Part shown: piece after piece, positions 37,481-47,058 of the stretch | How the letters are laid out: each line of letters starts with the position of its first letter | Position numbering within the stretch: the first letter of the stretch is position 1 | Source of the DNA: Candidatus Omnitrophota bacterium | Lineage (GTDB): Bacteria; Omnitrophota; Gorgyraeia; JABMRG01; JAFGKX01 | Assembly: GCA_043797125.1 (NCBI GenBank) | Contig: JAZDPX010000006.1 | Span: forward strand, 70,921-134,920 | Length of the DNA: 64,000 nt | Direction of reading: 5' to 3' | Translations under genes and position numbers: made by a program | The notes under the pieces: model-generated | Told to the model about the DNA's origin: nothing | Database searches by the model: none | The model's input: only the letters and a program-made list of their open reading frames with translations

Positions 37481-38980
37481 CTATGCAGCAGCTCCAAATG
37501 CTAACATTATATTATATGAATTGTTCAATTCTTCAAATTTGAATCTGCCACACCCATCCTCAGTTCTAAGCGATGAAGCAATATCGTTCCATTTCAGTTT
37601 TTTCAGATTATCAATTGCGGCGCACACTTCATTTTTATTATTATCGAATTGTGCTTCCGCCCGCACCATGACTCTTATCCAATCTTCATATGCGCCTTTA
37701 TCCAACAATTCAATATAGCCTTTCAATTTGTTGGCAATTGTTTCATTCGCTTTGTATATATGCTGAATGTCGCCTGTTTTTGCATACTCTAAAAAAGCAG
37801 GTAAAAACTCCCATGTCAGTTTTTCTCTTTCTTTAATAACAGGGTTCTTTCTGTCAAGATACTTAGCAAAATTTAAACATAATATCCCAAAGCAAACGTC
37901 TCTATCCAGCTCGGCCACAGCACTGTACCTGCCTTTAATTTTTCTGTATACTATTGTATCGGCTATTGCATCAGCTAAGGCATGTGCAAAATACTCCAAC
38001 TCTCTATATTGCTCTTTCATTGAATATTCCAGGGCCTTAACATATATCTTTTTTGGTAAGGGTTTTTTAAATTGCGCAATATGACCATTTTCGTGTGCTA
38101 ATGGCTCTTCTAACAACAGCCTTGCCGCCTTTTTAACCTTTTGTGCCATCTCTTCAGGCTTCGCCGTAAGCATTTCTTGCTCTGTCATGCCTAATAATTT
38201 TTCCAGGCCTAACCTCGCCAAAAACTCGCTATAGGTGTTTCTTGACTTGTCATTTTTGTATATATAAATTTGACGCCACATAAAAAACTCGGATGCTTTT
38301 TCACGACCGACAACAATTTTTCTATCCGGCTGCATAAATGCTTGCACACTTATATTGTGGTTACTAACCGCTTCTTCTCCGATAGTGTATGCGGTATACC
38401 CGTTAATGTGTCTTTTACTTATTATCTTTCCCAATATGTACAAAGTTTTGCCGCCGTTGCCTACACTTCTGCTATACAGCCACCCTTGCGGTATAAGATA
38501 TTTATTGATTTTTTTTATATTAGTTGCTGATACTTGCATCTTTTTGCCTTTTGAGGTGACTACGGTTAGGCATTGATTAGGACTGGGGGATTTAAACATC
38601 TGCATGAGTTTGTTTACACGCAACAAATCTAATTGCGTTTCAAGATCAGATTTTTCCGCAAAAAAATATAATGGTTTAAACCGGTAATATCTAGCCAGGG
38701 GAGTGCCATTTAAATCCCTCCAGTATGGGTCGTCTAAAAATTTTATATCCTCCTGTTCCGCTAACTCATTTAACTGGTCTGCGAACAATTTGAGAGAATC
38801 GGGTAGAGTGCCATAATGACGTTTAGGATATAGGTTATTTAAAGAAGATTCAACAGAAAAAGATTCAAAGCTATCTGAATTATCAGATGCTACCGGCCGC
38901 AGACAGAAAGCTTCATTAGGCATTATTATAGTAATACATAGAATAATAAAAATTATAGTAATCGGATAGTATCGTTTCAT
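37481..38980 (-). CDS. Exported HExxH protein (putative zinc metallopeptidase); LRP motif family
   Basis: The N-terminus ...IIMPNEAFCLRPVASD carries the motif. The HExxH site is LAHENGHIAQ, with a downstream Glu (ALEYS). Confidence 0.5.
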   Translation of the reverse strand: MKRYYPITIIFIILCITIIMPNEAFCLRPVASDNSDSFESFSVESSLNNLYPKRHYGTLPDSLKLFADQLNELAEQEDIKFLDDPYWRDLNGTPLARYYRFKPLYFFAEKSDLETQLDLLRVNKLMQMFKSPSPNQCLTVVTSKGKKMQVSATNIKKINKYLIPQGWLYSRSVGNGGKTLYILGKIISKRHINGYTAYTIGEEAVSNHNISVQAFMQPDRKIVVGREKASEFFMWRQIYIYKNDKSRNTYSEFLARLGLEKLLGMTEQEMLTAKPEEMAQKVKKAARLLLEEPLAHENGHIAQFKKPLPKKIYVKALEYSMKEQYRELEYFAHALADAIADTIVYRKIKGRYSAVAELDRDVCFGILCLNFAKYLDRKNPVIKEREKLTWEFLPAFLEYAKTGDIQHIYKANETIANKLKGYIELLDKGAYEDWIRVMVRAEAQFDNNKNEVCAAIDNLKKLKWNDIASSLRTEDGCGRFKFEELNNSYNIMLAFGAAA

Positions 38981-39139
38981 AAATTCTTTATAAAAGGTTT
39001 ATAGAGATAAATATTTTAACACTCTGCTCCTGCTAAGTCAAGAAAATATCGGACTTTTTTTGAATTAGATCCCCGCTCCCCGTTTTCACGGGGACAAGTT
39101 TCGCGGGGATGACAAAAGAAGCTTTGTGTGCGTTGCCAA

Positions 39140-39372
39140 AATTATTTTTTACAAGGTGAGGCTTTTGCAATAGCACATTACAATTTGCTTAAGGCCTGTG
39201 GCAAGCCGAGCAGGGCTTGCGAGGCCGAGCGGGCATGGTTCGCCCTTGTTTCCATACAGGCGAGAGCGAAGGCCGAGGTCAGAGCACAAAAATCCACGCT
39301 GGGGATTTTTGTGCGTCCCTGCGAGAATTGCCACAAGCCTTAAGCAAAACAGCATCAAGTATTGCAAAAGCC
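39140..39372. repeat. Family D long-hairpin element, copy 3, upstream of the AsmA-like gene
   Basis: Termini GTGAGGCTTTTGCAATAGCAC ... GTATTGCAAAAGCCGAGCC. The interior inverted repeat is GCTTAAGGCCTGTGGCAA / TTGCCACAAGCCTTAAGC. Confidence 0.55.
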
Positions 39373-39430
39373 GAGCCTATGCCCCGAGGCTTTTTGTTGT
39401 TGCAGGTTTGCGCATTGCGGGGTATAATTT

Positions 39431-42142
39431 GTGTCTGTGAATAAGATGAATAAGATATTAAAGATTGGCATAGTGATATATGTAATTATAGTAATAGTCT
39501 ACCTTTCTGTTTGGTATATCAACCGCACCCTTGTTCCCTATAAACTGCAGGACTATATCGTAAGCTCAATCGCTCAAAAAACGCCTTACGCCATAACAAT
39601 AGAAAAAACCACCTTCAGCTTATCTAAAGGCATTGCGCTAAAAAATATTCAAATCACCGACAAACTTAACCCCTCGAAGCCTATTCTTTCAGCAGCAGGC
39701 GCGCATTTCAGAGTGATACCGATTCCAAGCCTGCGCGGAATAAAAATACTCATCCCTTCTATTTCTCTTGAATCACCTCAAGCGTCTATTGAAAGAACCG
39801 CCGACGGGCTGTGGCAATTTCTTCCTGCGGATGAAATGCCGGCAAAGGCTAACGGCAATTTATCTGTGCTGGGCATAACTTTTACAGATGCGAGCGTATC
39901 TTTTGTTGATAATTACAAAGAATTAAATTTTCGCCGCAATATTAACGGCTTAAAAGGCAGAATAAGGTTATCGCTGCCTAATTCCGTAAGTTTCGCGGTT
40001 TCTGGAATTATCAACGACTTAAAAAAACATGATGAGGAATTCAGCGCCTCGGGAGGCTATCATTTTATTCAAAAGAGGATAATAGCCAACGTGGATATAA
40101 AAAATGCTTCTCTCGCAAACTACACAAACGCATATTTAAATCTTGAGAATTTCAAAATCTCATCCGGAATTTTTGATATTAACGCAAGATTTACCCTTAA
40201 CGACAAAAAACAATTACTATCAAACGTTAAATTTGACTTTAAAGATGCTAAAGCTACTATGGGGACTGCTGGTATAAACGGCGCAGGCAAAGTAAGCGGG
40301 ACCTTTTCGTATGAACTCGGGCATATAGATACATTGAATTATAATTTCGACTACGATGTAAAAAATTTACAATTAGTCGCGCCGCACCCTATTGTTGACA
40401 GCTTTTTTATAAGAGAATCCTCGGGAAACCTAAACAACGAGTTGTGGAAAATAAAAAATCTGATAGGCAACGTTTATGACGGGCCGATAATTTTAAGCGG
40501 CACGATCACCAGCCCTTTAAAAGACCCGAAAGCGAAATTAAGAATTACTTCCGAGGTAAAGCTTAAAAAAATCAAGGGTTCTTCTGCGGCCGGCGTTAAG
40601 GACGGCATTGCCAAAATCAGCGCTGATATAGCGCCAAAAGGCGAGAACGGCCATCTTATTAGAGGGACTGTAAATATAAAGGCGCTTAAGTTTGAAAAAG
40701 AGGGGCGCCTTCTTGAAGGGGATTTTGATATATATGGCCACATGGAAATAGGCGCCCAGGCCAAAAGCATATCCGACTACAAAGGCAATATTGTATTCAA
40801 TAACGCAAAGATACGCATATCAGAAATACTGCCCCTAATCTATGGCGCAAAAGGTAAAGTGCTTTTCTCGACCAATGCATTGTTAATAAAAGATCTCACG
40901 GGATACGCCGGGGATGCAAAAATAACTTCTGACGGAAAACTGGATTATTCCCTCCAGCCACCTGCCATAGAGATAAATGCCTATACAGAAAAGATGGTTC
41001 TAAGCAAGTTGCTGGAAAGCCTGCCCGAATCCATGAAGCAAAGATTATCAAAAATAGAAATAGCCGGCTTTGGCGACTTAAATTTGAGCATACGTAATTC
41101 TAAAGATGACCCTGATACACTGGTATATCAGGGTGAATTAAAAATTGAAGATGCCGTCGTCGGCATGCCATGGCTAAAGGAAAAAATAAACGGCATAAAC
41201 TGCGAATTGATTTTTGAAAAGGATGCTTTGACGTGGAATAAATTAACCTGCATGTATAAAAACGAACAATACATATCAAGCGGTACTGTCGTAGAACTAA
41301 ATTCTCCCTTGATAAACGCTGCCTTGGAATCTAAAGATTTTAACCTAAAAACTACATTAAAAATTCATGATGACTACCTGGATATACAAAAACTGGATGC
41401 TACATATAAAAAATATTCTTTTTTTGCAAAAGGCTATGTGCAGGACTTCAAAAAACAGCCCATTGCAAACCTGCTCATCAATGCTTATGACGGAACCGCA
41501 GAGGTAAATGCAAAGGTAAACCTGGAATCTGAAGACAAGCCGTATCTTGTAAGCATAGCCGCAAAAGATATCAATATTGAAAAACTGATTCCGAATGAAA
41601 ACCCGAACCAGCCCAGTAAAATGAGCGGAAACCTCGCATTAACCGCTACTCTAAACGGGTATCTGAATGACAGAAATTCTCTTAAAGGCGGCGGCTGGCT
41701 GCAGGTAAGCGGCGGCTATCTTGGCAGGTTTCCTGTTATTTTTGCTTTTTTAGACGCGATTCTCGGCATACCGCCTGAATACCTTATACTTACAGATGCG
41801 TTTGGAAATTTTTCAATTTTCGATAACAGGATTCATACAAACGATTTTAAGGTATTAAGCCAGAAGGCCGCGCTTCTGTGGCAGGGGTCTTTAGGCTTCG
41901 ACGGGACGCTCGATTTTAATGTAACGGGAAGATTCGCGGGAGATATAATAAAAATGACGAATTCATTAGGCAAGATTGCATCTGCGGTCCTTGACGAGGC
42001 AGGCGCGTATATTGTTGAGGCAAAACTGACTGGCACGCTGAAGGAGCCAAAATACAGCATTGTGCCTTTTCCGATAAAAAAGATTTTAAACGAGAAGGTC
42101 GTTGATAAGGTTAAAGATATATTCGGAGATATTTTCCAATAA
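39431..42142 (+). CDS. AsmA-family / TamB-like outer-membrane biogenesis protein
   Basis: 903 aa with one N-terminal TM anchor and a long beta-rich periplasmic region with AsmA-like repetitive composition. It is the only substantial plus-strand gene. Confidence 0.55.
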   Translation: MSVNKMNKILKIGIVIYVIIVIVYLSVWYINRTLVPYKLQDYIVSSIAQKTPYAITIEKTTFSLSKGIALKNIQITDKLNPSKPILSAAGAHFRVIPIPSLRGIKILIPSISLESPQASIERTADGLWQFLPADEMPAKANGNLSVLGITFTDASVSFVDNYKELNFRRNINGLKGRIRLSLPNSVSFAVSGIINDLKKHDEEFSASGGYHFIQKRIIANVDIKNASLANYTNAYLNLENFKISSGIFDINARFTLNDKKQLLSNVKFDFKDAKATMGTAGINGAGKVSGTFSYELGHIDTLNYNFDYDVKNLQLVAPHPIVDSFFIRESSGNLNNELWKIKNLIGNVYDGPIILSGTITSPLKDPKAKLRITSEVKLKKIKGSSAAGVKDGIAKISADIAPKGENGHLIRGTVNIKALKFEKEGRLLEGDFDIYGHMEIGAQAKSISDYKGNIVFNNAKIRISEILPLIYGAKGKVLFSTNALLIKDLTGYAGDAKITSDGKLDYSLQPPAIEINAYTEKMVLSKLLESLPESMKQRLSKIEIAGFGDLNLSIRNSKDDPDTLVYQGELKIEDAVVGMPWLKEKINGINCELIFEKDALTWNKLTCMYKNEQYISSGTVVELNSPLINAALESKDFNLKTTLKIHDDYLDIQKLDATYKKYSFFAKGYVQDFKKQPIANLLINAYDGTAEVNAKVNLESEDKPYLVSIAAKDINIEKLIPNENPNQPSKMSGNLALTATLNGYLNDRNSLKGGGWLQVSGGYLGRFPVIFAFLDAILGIPPEYLILTDAFGNFSIFDNRIHTNDFKVLSQKAALLWQGSLGFDGTLDFNVTGRFAGDIIKMTNSLGKIASAVLDEAGAYIVEAKLTGTLKEPKYSIVPFPIKKILNEKVVDKVKDIFGDIFQ

Positions 42143-42716
42143 GGCGCCTGGCCTTTCTAAAGGCCCTGGCCCTGTGGCTGATTTTATTTTTAAACGACGC
42201 ACTCATCTGCGCAAACGTCTTTTTATATCCCGCCGGAACAAATACGGGGTCATACCCGAAACCGCTTTCCCCAAGCGCGTTCCTTATTATGTTTCCAAAA
42301 ACTTTTCCTTCGCAGGCAGCTAAAATTTTATTTTCCATGGCTATGGCAACGGTGCAGATAAAAAAGGCTTTTCTCTTTTTTGCCCTTGCCATGTTTTTTA
42401 ATAATTTAGCGATATTATTTTTGTCAATTTGCGCAGCCCCCGCGTACCTGGCTGAATTAACTCCGGGTGAACCTTTTAAATAATCGACGCAAAGCCCGGA
42501 GTCATCGGCAAGGACAAGCGCATCTTTATATATCCCGGAAATTGCAAGCGCCTTTTTCGCTGCGTTTCCCGCAAACGTCTTTCTGTCCTCTTTAACCTGC
42601 GGGATTTTCTTACTAAGATCATCGAGCCCGAGCACTTCTACGGGCAAACCCTTAAGCAAAGTTTTTATTTCTCTCAACTTATTATTATTTCTCGTCGCAA
42701 TTATTAGTTCCAACAC
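42111..42716 (-). CDS. rdgB: Non-canonical purine NTP pyrophosphatase (RdgB/HAM1)
   Basis: MLELIIATRNNNKLREI...FGYDPVF. Confidence 0.85.
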   Translation of the reverse strand: MLELIIATRNNNKLREIKTLLKGLPVEVLGLDDLSKKIPQVKEDRKTFAGNAAKKALAISGIYKDALVLADDSGLCVDYLKGSPGVNSARYAGAAQIDKNNIAKLLKNMARAKKRKAFFICTVAIAMENKILAACEGKVFGNIIRNALGESGFGYDPVFVPAGYKKTFAQMSASFKNKISHRARAFRKARRLIGKYLRIYL

Positions 42717-42732
42717 AATATGTTCCTATCAG

Positions 42733-42758
42733 TAAGATAGTAGCGCAGGCTTAAGCCT
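42733..42758. repeat. Family A palindrome (copy 2), between rph and rdgB
   Basis: Identical 26-mer. Confidence 0.8.
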
Positions 42759-42789
42759 GCGCTACTACTATACGCTATCGACCATCTTT

Positions 42790-43512
42790 TTACAGTTCCA
42801 GCCTCAACACATCTTTCTGCTTCTTAACCAGGCTCGCGATCCCCAACTTTGCAAGTTCAAGCATCTGCTCCATCTGCATCTTAGTAAATAGCGCGCCTTC
42901 CGCAGTGCCCTGAATTTCCACGAATTTTCCGCTTTGCGTCATAACTATATTCATATCAACATCAGCCTTAGAGTCTTCCTCGTAGGTCAAATCCAGCATA
43001 GGTTTACCCTGCACAATGCCTACGCTTATCGCGGCAACATAATCTATAAGCGGTATATTTTTAATAAGCCCGTCTTTCTGCATTTTTTTAAGCGCTAAAG
43101 CCAGGGCCACAAATGCGCCAGTAATGCTGGTTGCGCGGGTACCGCCGTCGCCCTGGACCACGTCGCAATCTAACCATATGGTGCGCTCGCCCAAACAAGA
43201 AGCATCAACTACTGATCTTAAGCTTCTGCCGACTAACCTTTGTATTTCCTGGGTCCTGCCTCCTATTTTGCCACGCGAGGATTCGCGCGAGATACGCTCC
43301 CTGCATGAACGCGGCAGCATGGCATATTCAGCTGTAATCCATCCCTTGCCTAAGTTCCTCATAAAAGGCGGCACGCCATCCTCAACCGATGCCGAACATA
43401 CCACTTTCGTATTTTCCGCTTCGATTAAGCAGGAGCCTTCCGCGTATTTTAAGAAATCCTTTTTTATAGTAACTTTTCTTATTCCGTTGTTTGTGCGCCC
43501 GTCAGCTCTCAT
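42790..43512 (-). CDS. rph: Ribonuclease PH
   Basis: [16 protein letters not shown]... has a 3'-exoribonuclease domain 1 and 2. Confidence 0.9.
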   Translation of the reverse strand: MRADGRTNNGIRKVTIKKDFLKYAEGSCLIEAENTKVVCSASVEDGVPPFMRNLGKGWITAEYAMLPRSCRERISRESSRGKIGGRTQEIQRLVGRSLRSVVDASCLGERTIWLDCDVVQGDGGTRATSITGAFVALALALKKMQKDGLIKNIPLIDYVAAISVGIVQGKPMLDLTYEEDSKADVDMNIVMTQSGKFVEIQGTAEGALFTKMQMEQMLELAKLGIASLVKKQKDVLRLEL

Positions 43513-44026
43513 ATATGTTCCTCCCTTTGGTATCTATTCCCACAATTACCGGAAAATCCTCAACCTTCAACTTGTAAATTGCTTCCGGGCCAAGGTCTGT
43601 GTACGCTATTTGTTTGGCAGACTTCACCCTTAACGCCAGATATGCGCCTGCTCCTGCAGGCGCGACAAAATATACGCCCCTGTATCTTTTTATGGCATTT
43701 AGCACTTCCTTGGAGCGATTTCCCTTTCCTATCATGCCAAGCAGGCCTTTGGATAAAAGCATTGGGGTAAATTCATCCATTCTTTTGGACGTGGTTGGCC
43801 CGCATGCGCCTATTGGTTTTCCCTTTGGCGCAGAAGTCGGGCCGCAGTAGTAAATTATTTGCTCTTTTATATCTATGGGCAACTTTTTTTTCTTAATAAT
43901 GCATTCGCACGCTCTTTTATGAGCAGCATCGCGCGCTGTGTATATAACCCCTGAAAGCAAAACCTCGTCTCCCGCTTTAAGTTTCGCGGCATCTTTCCTT
44001 GTAATCGGCAGCATTATCCTTTTCAT
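43502..44026 (-). CDS. Class I fumarate (or L-tartrate) hydro-lyase beta subunit
   Basis: Fe-S hydro-lyase beta-type subunit pattern (...[20 protein letters not shown]...); it pairs with the alpha subunit upstream. Confidence 0.75.
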   Translation of the reverse strand: MKRIMLPITRKDAAKLKAGDEVLLSGVIYTARDAAHKRACECIIKKKKLPIDIKEQIIYYCGPTSAPKGKPIGACGPTTSKRMDEFTPMLLSKGLLGMIGKGNRSKEVLNAIKRYRGVYFVAPAGAGAYLALRVKSAKQIAYTDLGPEAIYKLKVEDFPVIVGIDTKGRNIYES

Positions 44027-44877
44027 ATTATAACCTCTGCGCTACGGAGAGCATGGCAGCATACATTCACGCAAACCGGCAGACCAGCAATGTGCGTCGG
44101 ATATGTTAATATGTTGACTCCAAGGCAGGTTGTCCTACCGCCTAAGCCCATGGGGCCGATGTTTAGACGGTTGATTTCCGTCAACAAATCTTTCTGTAAT
44201 TTTGCTGTGAGCTTTGAGCTGTGGGCTGTGGGCTGTGGGCTGTGGGCTGTGGGCTCAAGGAGCGCTTTCTTTGCCAATAGACAGGCGTAATCTGCGGTCC
44301 CGCCTATGCCTACGCCTATGATATACGGCGGGCAGGCATCCGCGCCTGCGCATTTAACAACTTCGACAATAAATTTTTTAATCTCGCCGATTCCAACAGT
44401 TGGATTAAACATCTTTAGCTTAGTCTTGTTCTCGCTTCCAAAACCTTTTGGCATTACTGATATTTTTATTTTATCGCCGGATATGATATCGTAGTGTATG
44501 ACTGCCGGCGTATTGGTGTTTGTATTTTTTCTTACCAAGGGATCATCCACTACAGATTTTCTTAAACATCCCTGTTTATACGCTGCTTTTATGCCATTAT
44601 TTATTGCCTTGCTTACATCGCCTATGATCTGTACCTTATTGCCTATTTGACAAAATACTACTACCATACCTGTATCTTGGCATATCGCTATTTTTTGGCA
44701 CCTAGCAATACAGGCATTCTCAATTAATATCTTAAGCATCTTTTTAGCAACAAGCTTTGTTTCGGTTTTAACCGCTTTTTTTAAAGCAGATAAAACATCG
44801 CCGCGTAAATTAAAATTCGCCTTTAACGCCGCCTCACACACCTTTTTTTCTATCTCTTTCACCTTTATTTTTCTCAT
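44023..44877 (-). CDS. Class I fumarate (or L-tartrate) hydro-lyase alpha subunit; contains an in-frame (GCTGTGG)n-derived insertion
   Basis: Fe-S hydro-lyase alpha region (...CQDTGMVVVF...). The PTAHSPQPTAHS insertion is encoded by a heptamer tract at 44205-44260. Confidence 0.75.
   Translation of the reverse strand: MRKIKVKEIEKKVCEAALKANFNLRGDVLSALKKAVKTETKLVAKKMLKILIENACIARCQKIAICQDTGMVVVFCQIGNKVQIIGDVSKAINNGIKAAYKQGCLRKSVVDDPLVRKNTNTNTPAVIHYDIISGDKIKISVMPKGFGSENKTKLKMFNPTVGIGEIKKFIVEVVKCAGADACPPYIIGVGIGGTADYACLLAKKALLEPTAHSPQPTAHSSKLTAKLQKDLLTEINRLNIGPMGLGGRTTCLGVNILTYPTHIAGLPVCVNVCCHALRSAEVII
44205..44260. repeat. Heptanucleotide tandem repeat: GCTGTGG x5 perfect, 7-mer periodicity over 8 units, inside the fumarate hydratase alpha gene
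   Basis: GCTGTGAGCTTTGAGCTGTGGGCTGTGGGCTGTGGGCTGTGGGCTGTGGGCTCAAG. Confidence 0.8.
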
Positions 44878-44883
44878 TTTTTA

Positions 44884-44960
44884 CCTATTTTTAATTTTTA
44901 ATTGTAATTTTGCATTTTGCATTCCTGCCTGCCGGCAGGCAGGTTTAATTTTGAATTTTT
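44884..44960. repeat. Family B repeat, copy 3, plus GC palindrome CCTGCCTGCCGGCAGGCAGG; overlaps the queF 3' end
   Basis: TTTTTAATTGTAATTTTGCATTTTGCATT shared with the other copies. It supplies the queF C-terminus and stop. Confidence 0.6.
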
Positions 44961-45350
44961 TATATATTCTCTCTCCAGCGTCGTCTTAATCCCTCCCCTT
45001 ACATTAAACTCACACATTATCTGCGCCCAGCGCGGCTTGCAGCAGGATATAAAGTCATCTAATACCTTGTTCGCTATATGCTCATGAAATATGCCTACAT
45101 TCCGATAGCCGTACAAATACAGTTTAAAGGATTTAAGTTCCACGCATAATTTATCCGGAATATATCTTAAGACAACGCGCGCAAAATCAGGCAGCCCTGT
45201 CTTGGGGCACACGCAGGTAAACTCCGCGGTCTCTAAGGTCACAACATACTCTTTATCGGAATATTTATTTTCGATAGTATCTATCTTCGGAGTTTTCAGC
45301 TTTCTTATATTCTCCTGTAGGCCTTTATAGGATTTATTTATTTTTTTCAT
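44898..45350 (-). CDS. queF: NADPH-dependent 7-cyano-7-deazaguanine reductase QueF; the C-terminal tail and stop come from a family-B repeat
   Basis: ...FTCVCPKTGLPDFARVV... matches the QueF active-site Cys motif. The last ~19 aa (NSKLNLPAGRQECKMQNYN*) are encoded by the repeat at 44884-44960. Confidence 0.8.
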   Translation of the reverse strand: MKKINKSYKGLQENIRKLKTPKIDTIENKYSDKEYVVTLETAEFTCVCPKTGLPDFARVVLRYIPDKLCVELKSFKLYLYGYRNVGIFHEHIANKVLDDFISCCKPRWAQIMCEFNVRGGIKTTLEREYIKNSKLNLPAGRQECKMQNYN

Positions 45351-46024
45351 CTCACTCCCAGCGCTTTGTGCACCTGCGGAATTACCAGTACGGTGTCTAA
45401 ATGTTTCAAGGCATAATTCTGTAATTTGCGCAAATGATTAATTCCTATTTTAATTTTTTTGCCGTCGGTCTGCGGCTGTATTATAAGCGGTATTTTATCG
45501 CTTATCTTTTCTACTAAAGAAACCCCCCTCCTAAAATCGTTCATTTTTAATTTATCAGACACAACTATTTTTATGAAAATATTTTTTTTGCAGCCGACCT
45601 TAATAAAATCCGAATGCGCCTTCCAAAAGCCTTTTTCTTTGGTAACGCTCGGAAGCTTAATATCCGCGGCAATTATATCTACATATTTTAAAATTGCCTT
45701 TAAATTCCTGGGTAATGTGGCGTTTGTTTCTAAATAAACCATGAATTTAAGGCTTTTCAGCTTAGGCAGCAGGATTTTTAAAAAATCTATTTGCAAAAGC
45801 GGCTCTCCGCCTGTTAAGGAAACTGTTTGCGCTTTTAGCTTTTTTATTTGAGAAATAATTCTGCCGCAGCTTTGTCTGATTGCCTTTTTATTCTTCGGCA
45901 CATCGCAATATGAGCAGGCTAAATTGCAATCCGCAAATCTTATAAATGCCTGCCTTTGGCCAACGTAAGGCCCTTCTCCCTGAATCGATGAGAATATCTC
46001 GATGATATTTGCTTTGGTTACCAT
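45347..46024 (-). CDS. queE: 7-carboxy-7-deazaguanine synthase (radical SAM)
   Basis: ...GEGPYVGQRQAFIRFADCNLACSYCD is a CxxxCxxC-type cluster motif. Confidence 0.85.
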   Translation of the reverse strand: MVTKANIIEIFSSIQGEGPYVGQRQAFIRFADCNLACSYCDVPKNKKAIRQSCGRIISQIKKLKAQTVSLTGGEPLLQIDFLKILLPKLKSLKFMVYLETNATLPRNLKAILKYVDIIAADIKLPSVTKEKGFWKAHSDFIKVGCKKNIFIKIVVSDKLKMNDFRRGVSLVEKISDKIPLIIQPQTDGKKIKIGINHLRKLQNYALKHLDTVLVIPQVHKALGVR

Positions 46025-46686
46025 AATCTTAGCGTAGGAGCGATATCTTTTACTCCCGCTTCCCTGAACCCCTTCTTACGAATGATACACGAGGGACATT
46101 CGCCACAGGGTTTTGGTCCACCCATATAGCACGACCATGTTAACCTAATTGGCGCGCCTAACTTTACGGCAAGCTTTATTATCTGCGCCTTTGTCTTATT
46201 AAGCAAAGGCGCTATAATTCGAAGGCTGTTGCCCATCACGCCTGATCTCGTGCCTTTTTTTACGGCATCCTGAAATGCTTTTAAAAATTCTAAACGGCAA
46301 TCGGGGTAATTACTGTAATCAAGCTGGTTCGCGCCGATAATAATAGTATCGGCTTTTATTGACTCGGCGTATGATGCGGCAAAACTTAAAAATATAATAT
46401 TGCGCCCCGGCACATAAGTTGAAGGAATGGCTTTCGCGCCAATCTTCTTTGGCACCGCCATATTTTTGTCAACGAGCGAACTCCCGCAGCCTGAAAGGCC
46501 AATCTTCAATGTTTTGTGCAGGCATTTTGCCCTTTTCGCTATCAGGCGCGCTCTTTTTATTTCTTTTTTATGGCGCTGGTTGTAATCAAATACCAGGCAG
46601 AAGCACTTATAGCCTTTTGAAAGAGCCCAGTATAGTGACGTGGCAGAATCAAGGCCGCCGGATAATAAAACAACAGCTTTCTTCAT
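46018..46686 (-). CDS. queC: 7-cyano-7-deazaguanine synthase
   Basis: VVLLSGGLDSAT is a PP-loop; C-terminal Zn cysteines are present. Confidence 0.9.
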   Translation of the reverse strand: MKKAVVLLSGGLDSATSLYWALSKGYKCFCLVFDYNQRHKKEIKRARLIAKRAKCLHKTLKIGLSGCGSSLVDKNMAVPKKIGAKAIPSTYVPGRNIIFLSFAASYAESIKADTIIIGANQLDYSNYPDCRLEFLKAFQDAVKKGTRSGVMGNSLRIIAPLLNKTKAQIIKLAVKLGAPIRLTWSCYMGGPKPCGECPSCIIRKKGFREAGVKDIAPTLRLW

Positions 46687-46687
46687 T

Positions 46688-47056
46688 TTACCGACTATAA
46701 CTAGCGCACGACGTAGGCGTTTCCCAAACTGAAACTTTTTCTAATCTCGCTTTGTTCGCGACAGCTTTTTCTATTTTTTTGAACACAAATTTCGCGATGA
46801 GTTCGGATGTAGGATTGCACTTCTTAAAAACCCCTATCTTATTTATATCTTTATGATCAAGTTCAAATAGCGCCTGCTCCAGGATTTTTTTTGCATCATT
46901 AAAATCCATAACCAGGCCTATTTTGTCCAAGGACTTTTTGGTAAAGGTTGCTTGAATGCGCCAGTTATGCCCGTGGAGGTTTTCGCATTTACCTTTATAG
47001 CCTTTTAAGCGGTGCGCTGCGCTGAAACTCGATTCGACTGTTATTTCGTATGTCAT
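46688..47056 (-). CDS. queD: 6-carboxy-5,6,7,8-tetrahydropterin synthase
   Basis: ...FSAAHRL...CENLHGHNWRI. Confidence 0.85.
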   Translation of the reverse strand: MTYEITVESSFSAAHRLKGYKGKCENLHGHNWRIQATFTKKSLDKIGLVMDFNDAKKILEQALFELDHKDINKIGVFKKCNPTSELIAKFVFKKIEKAVANKARLEKVSVWETPTSCASYSR

Positions 47057-47058
47057 TT

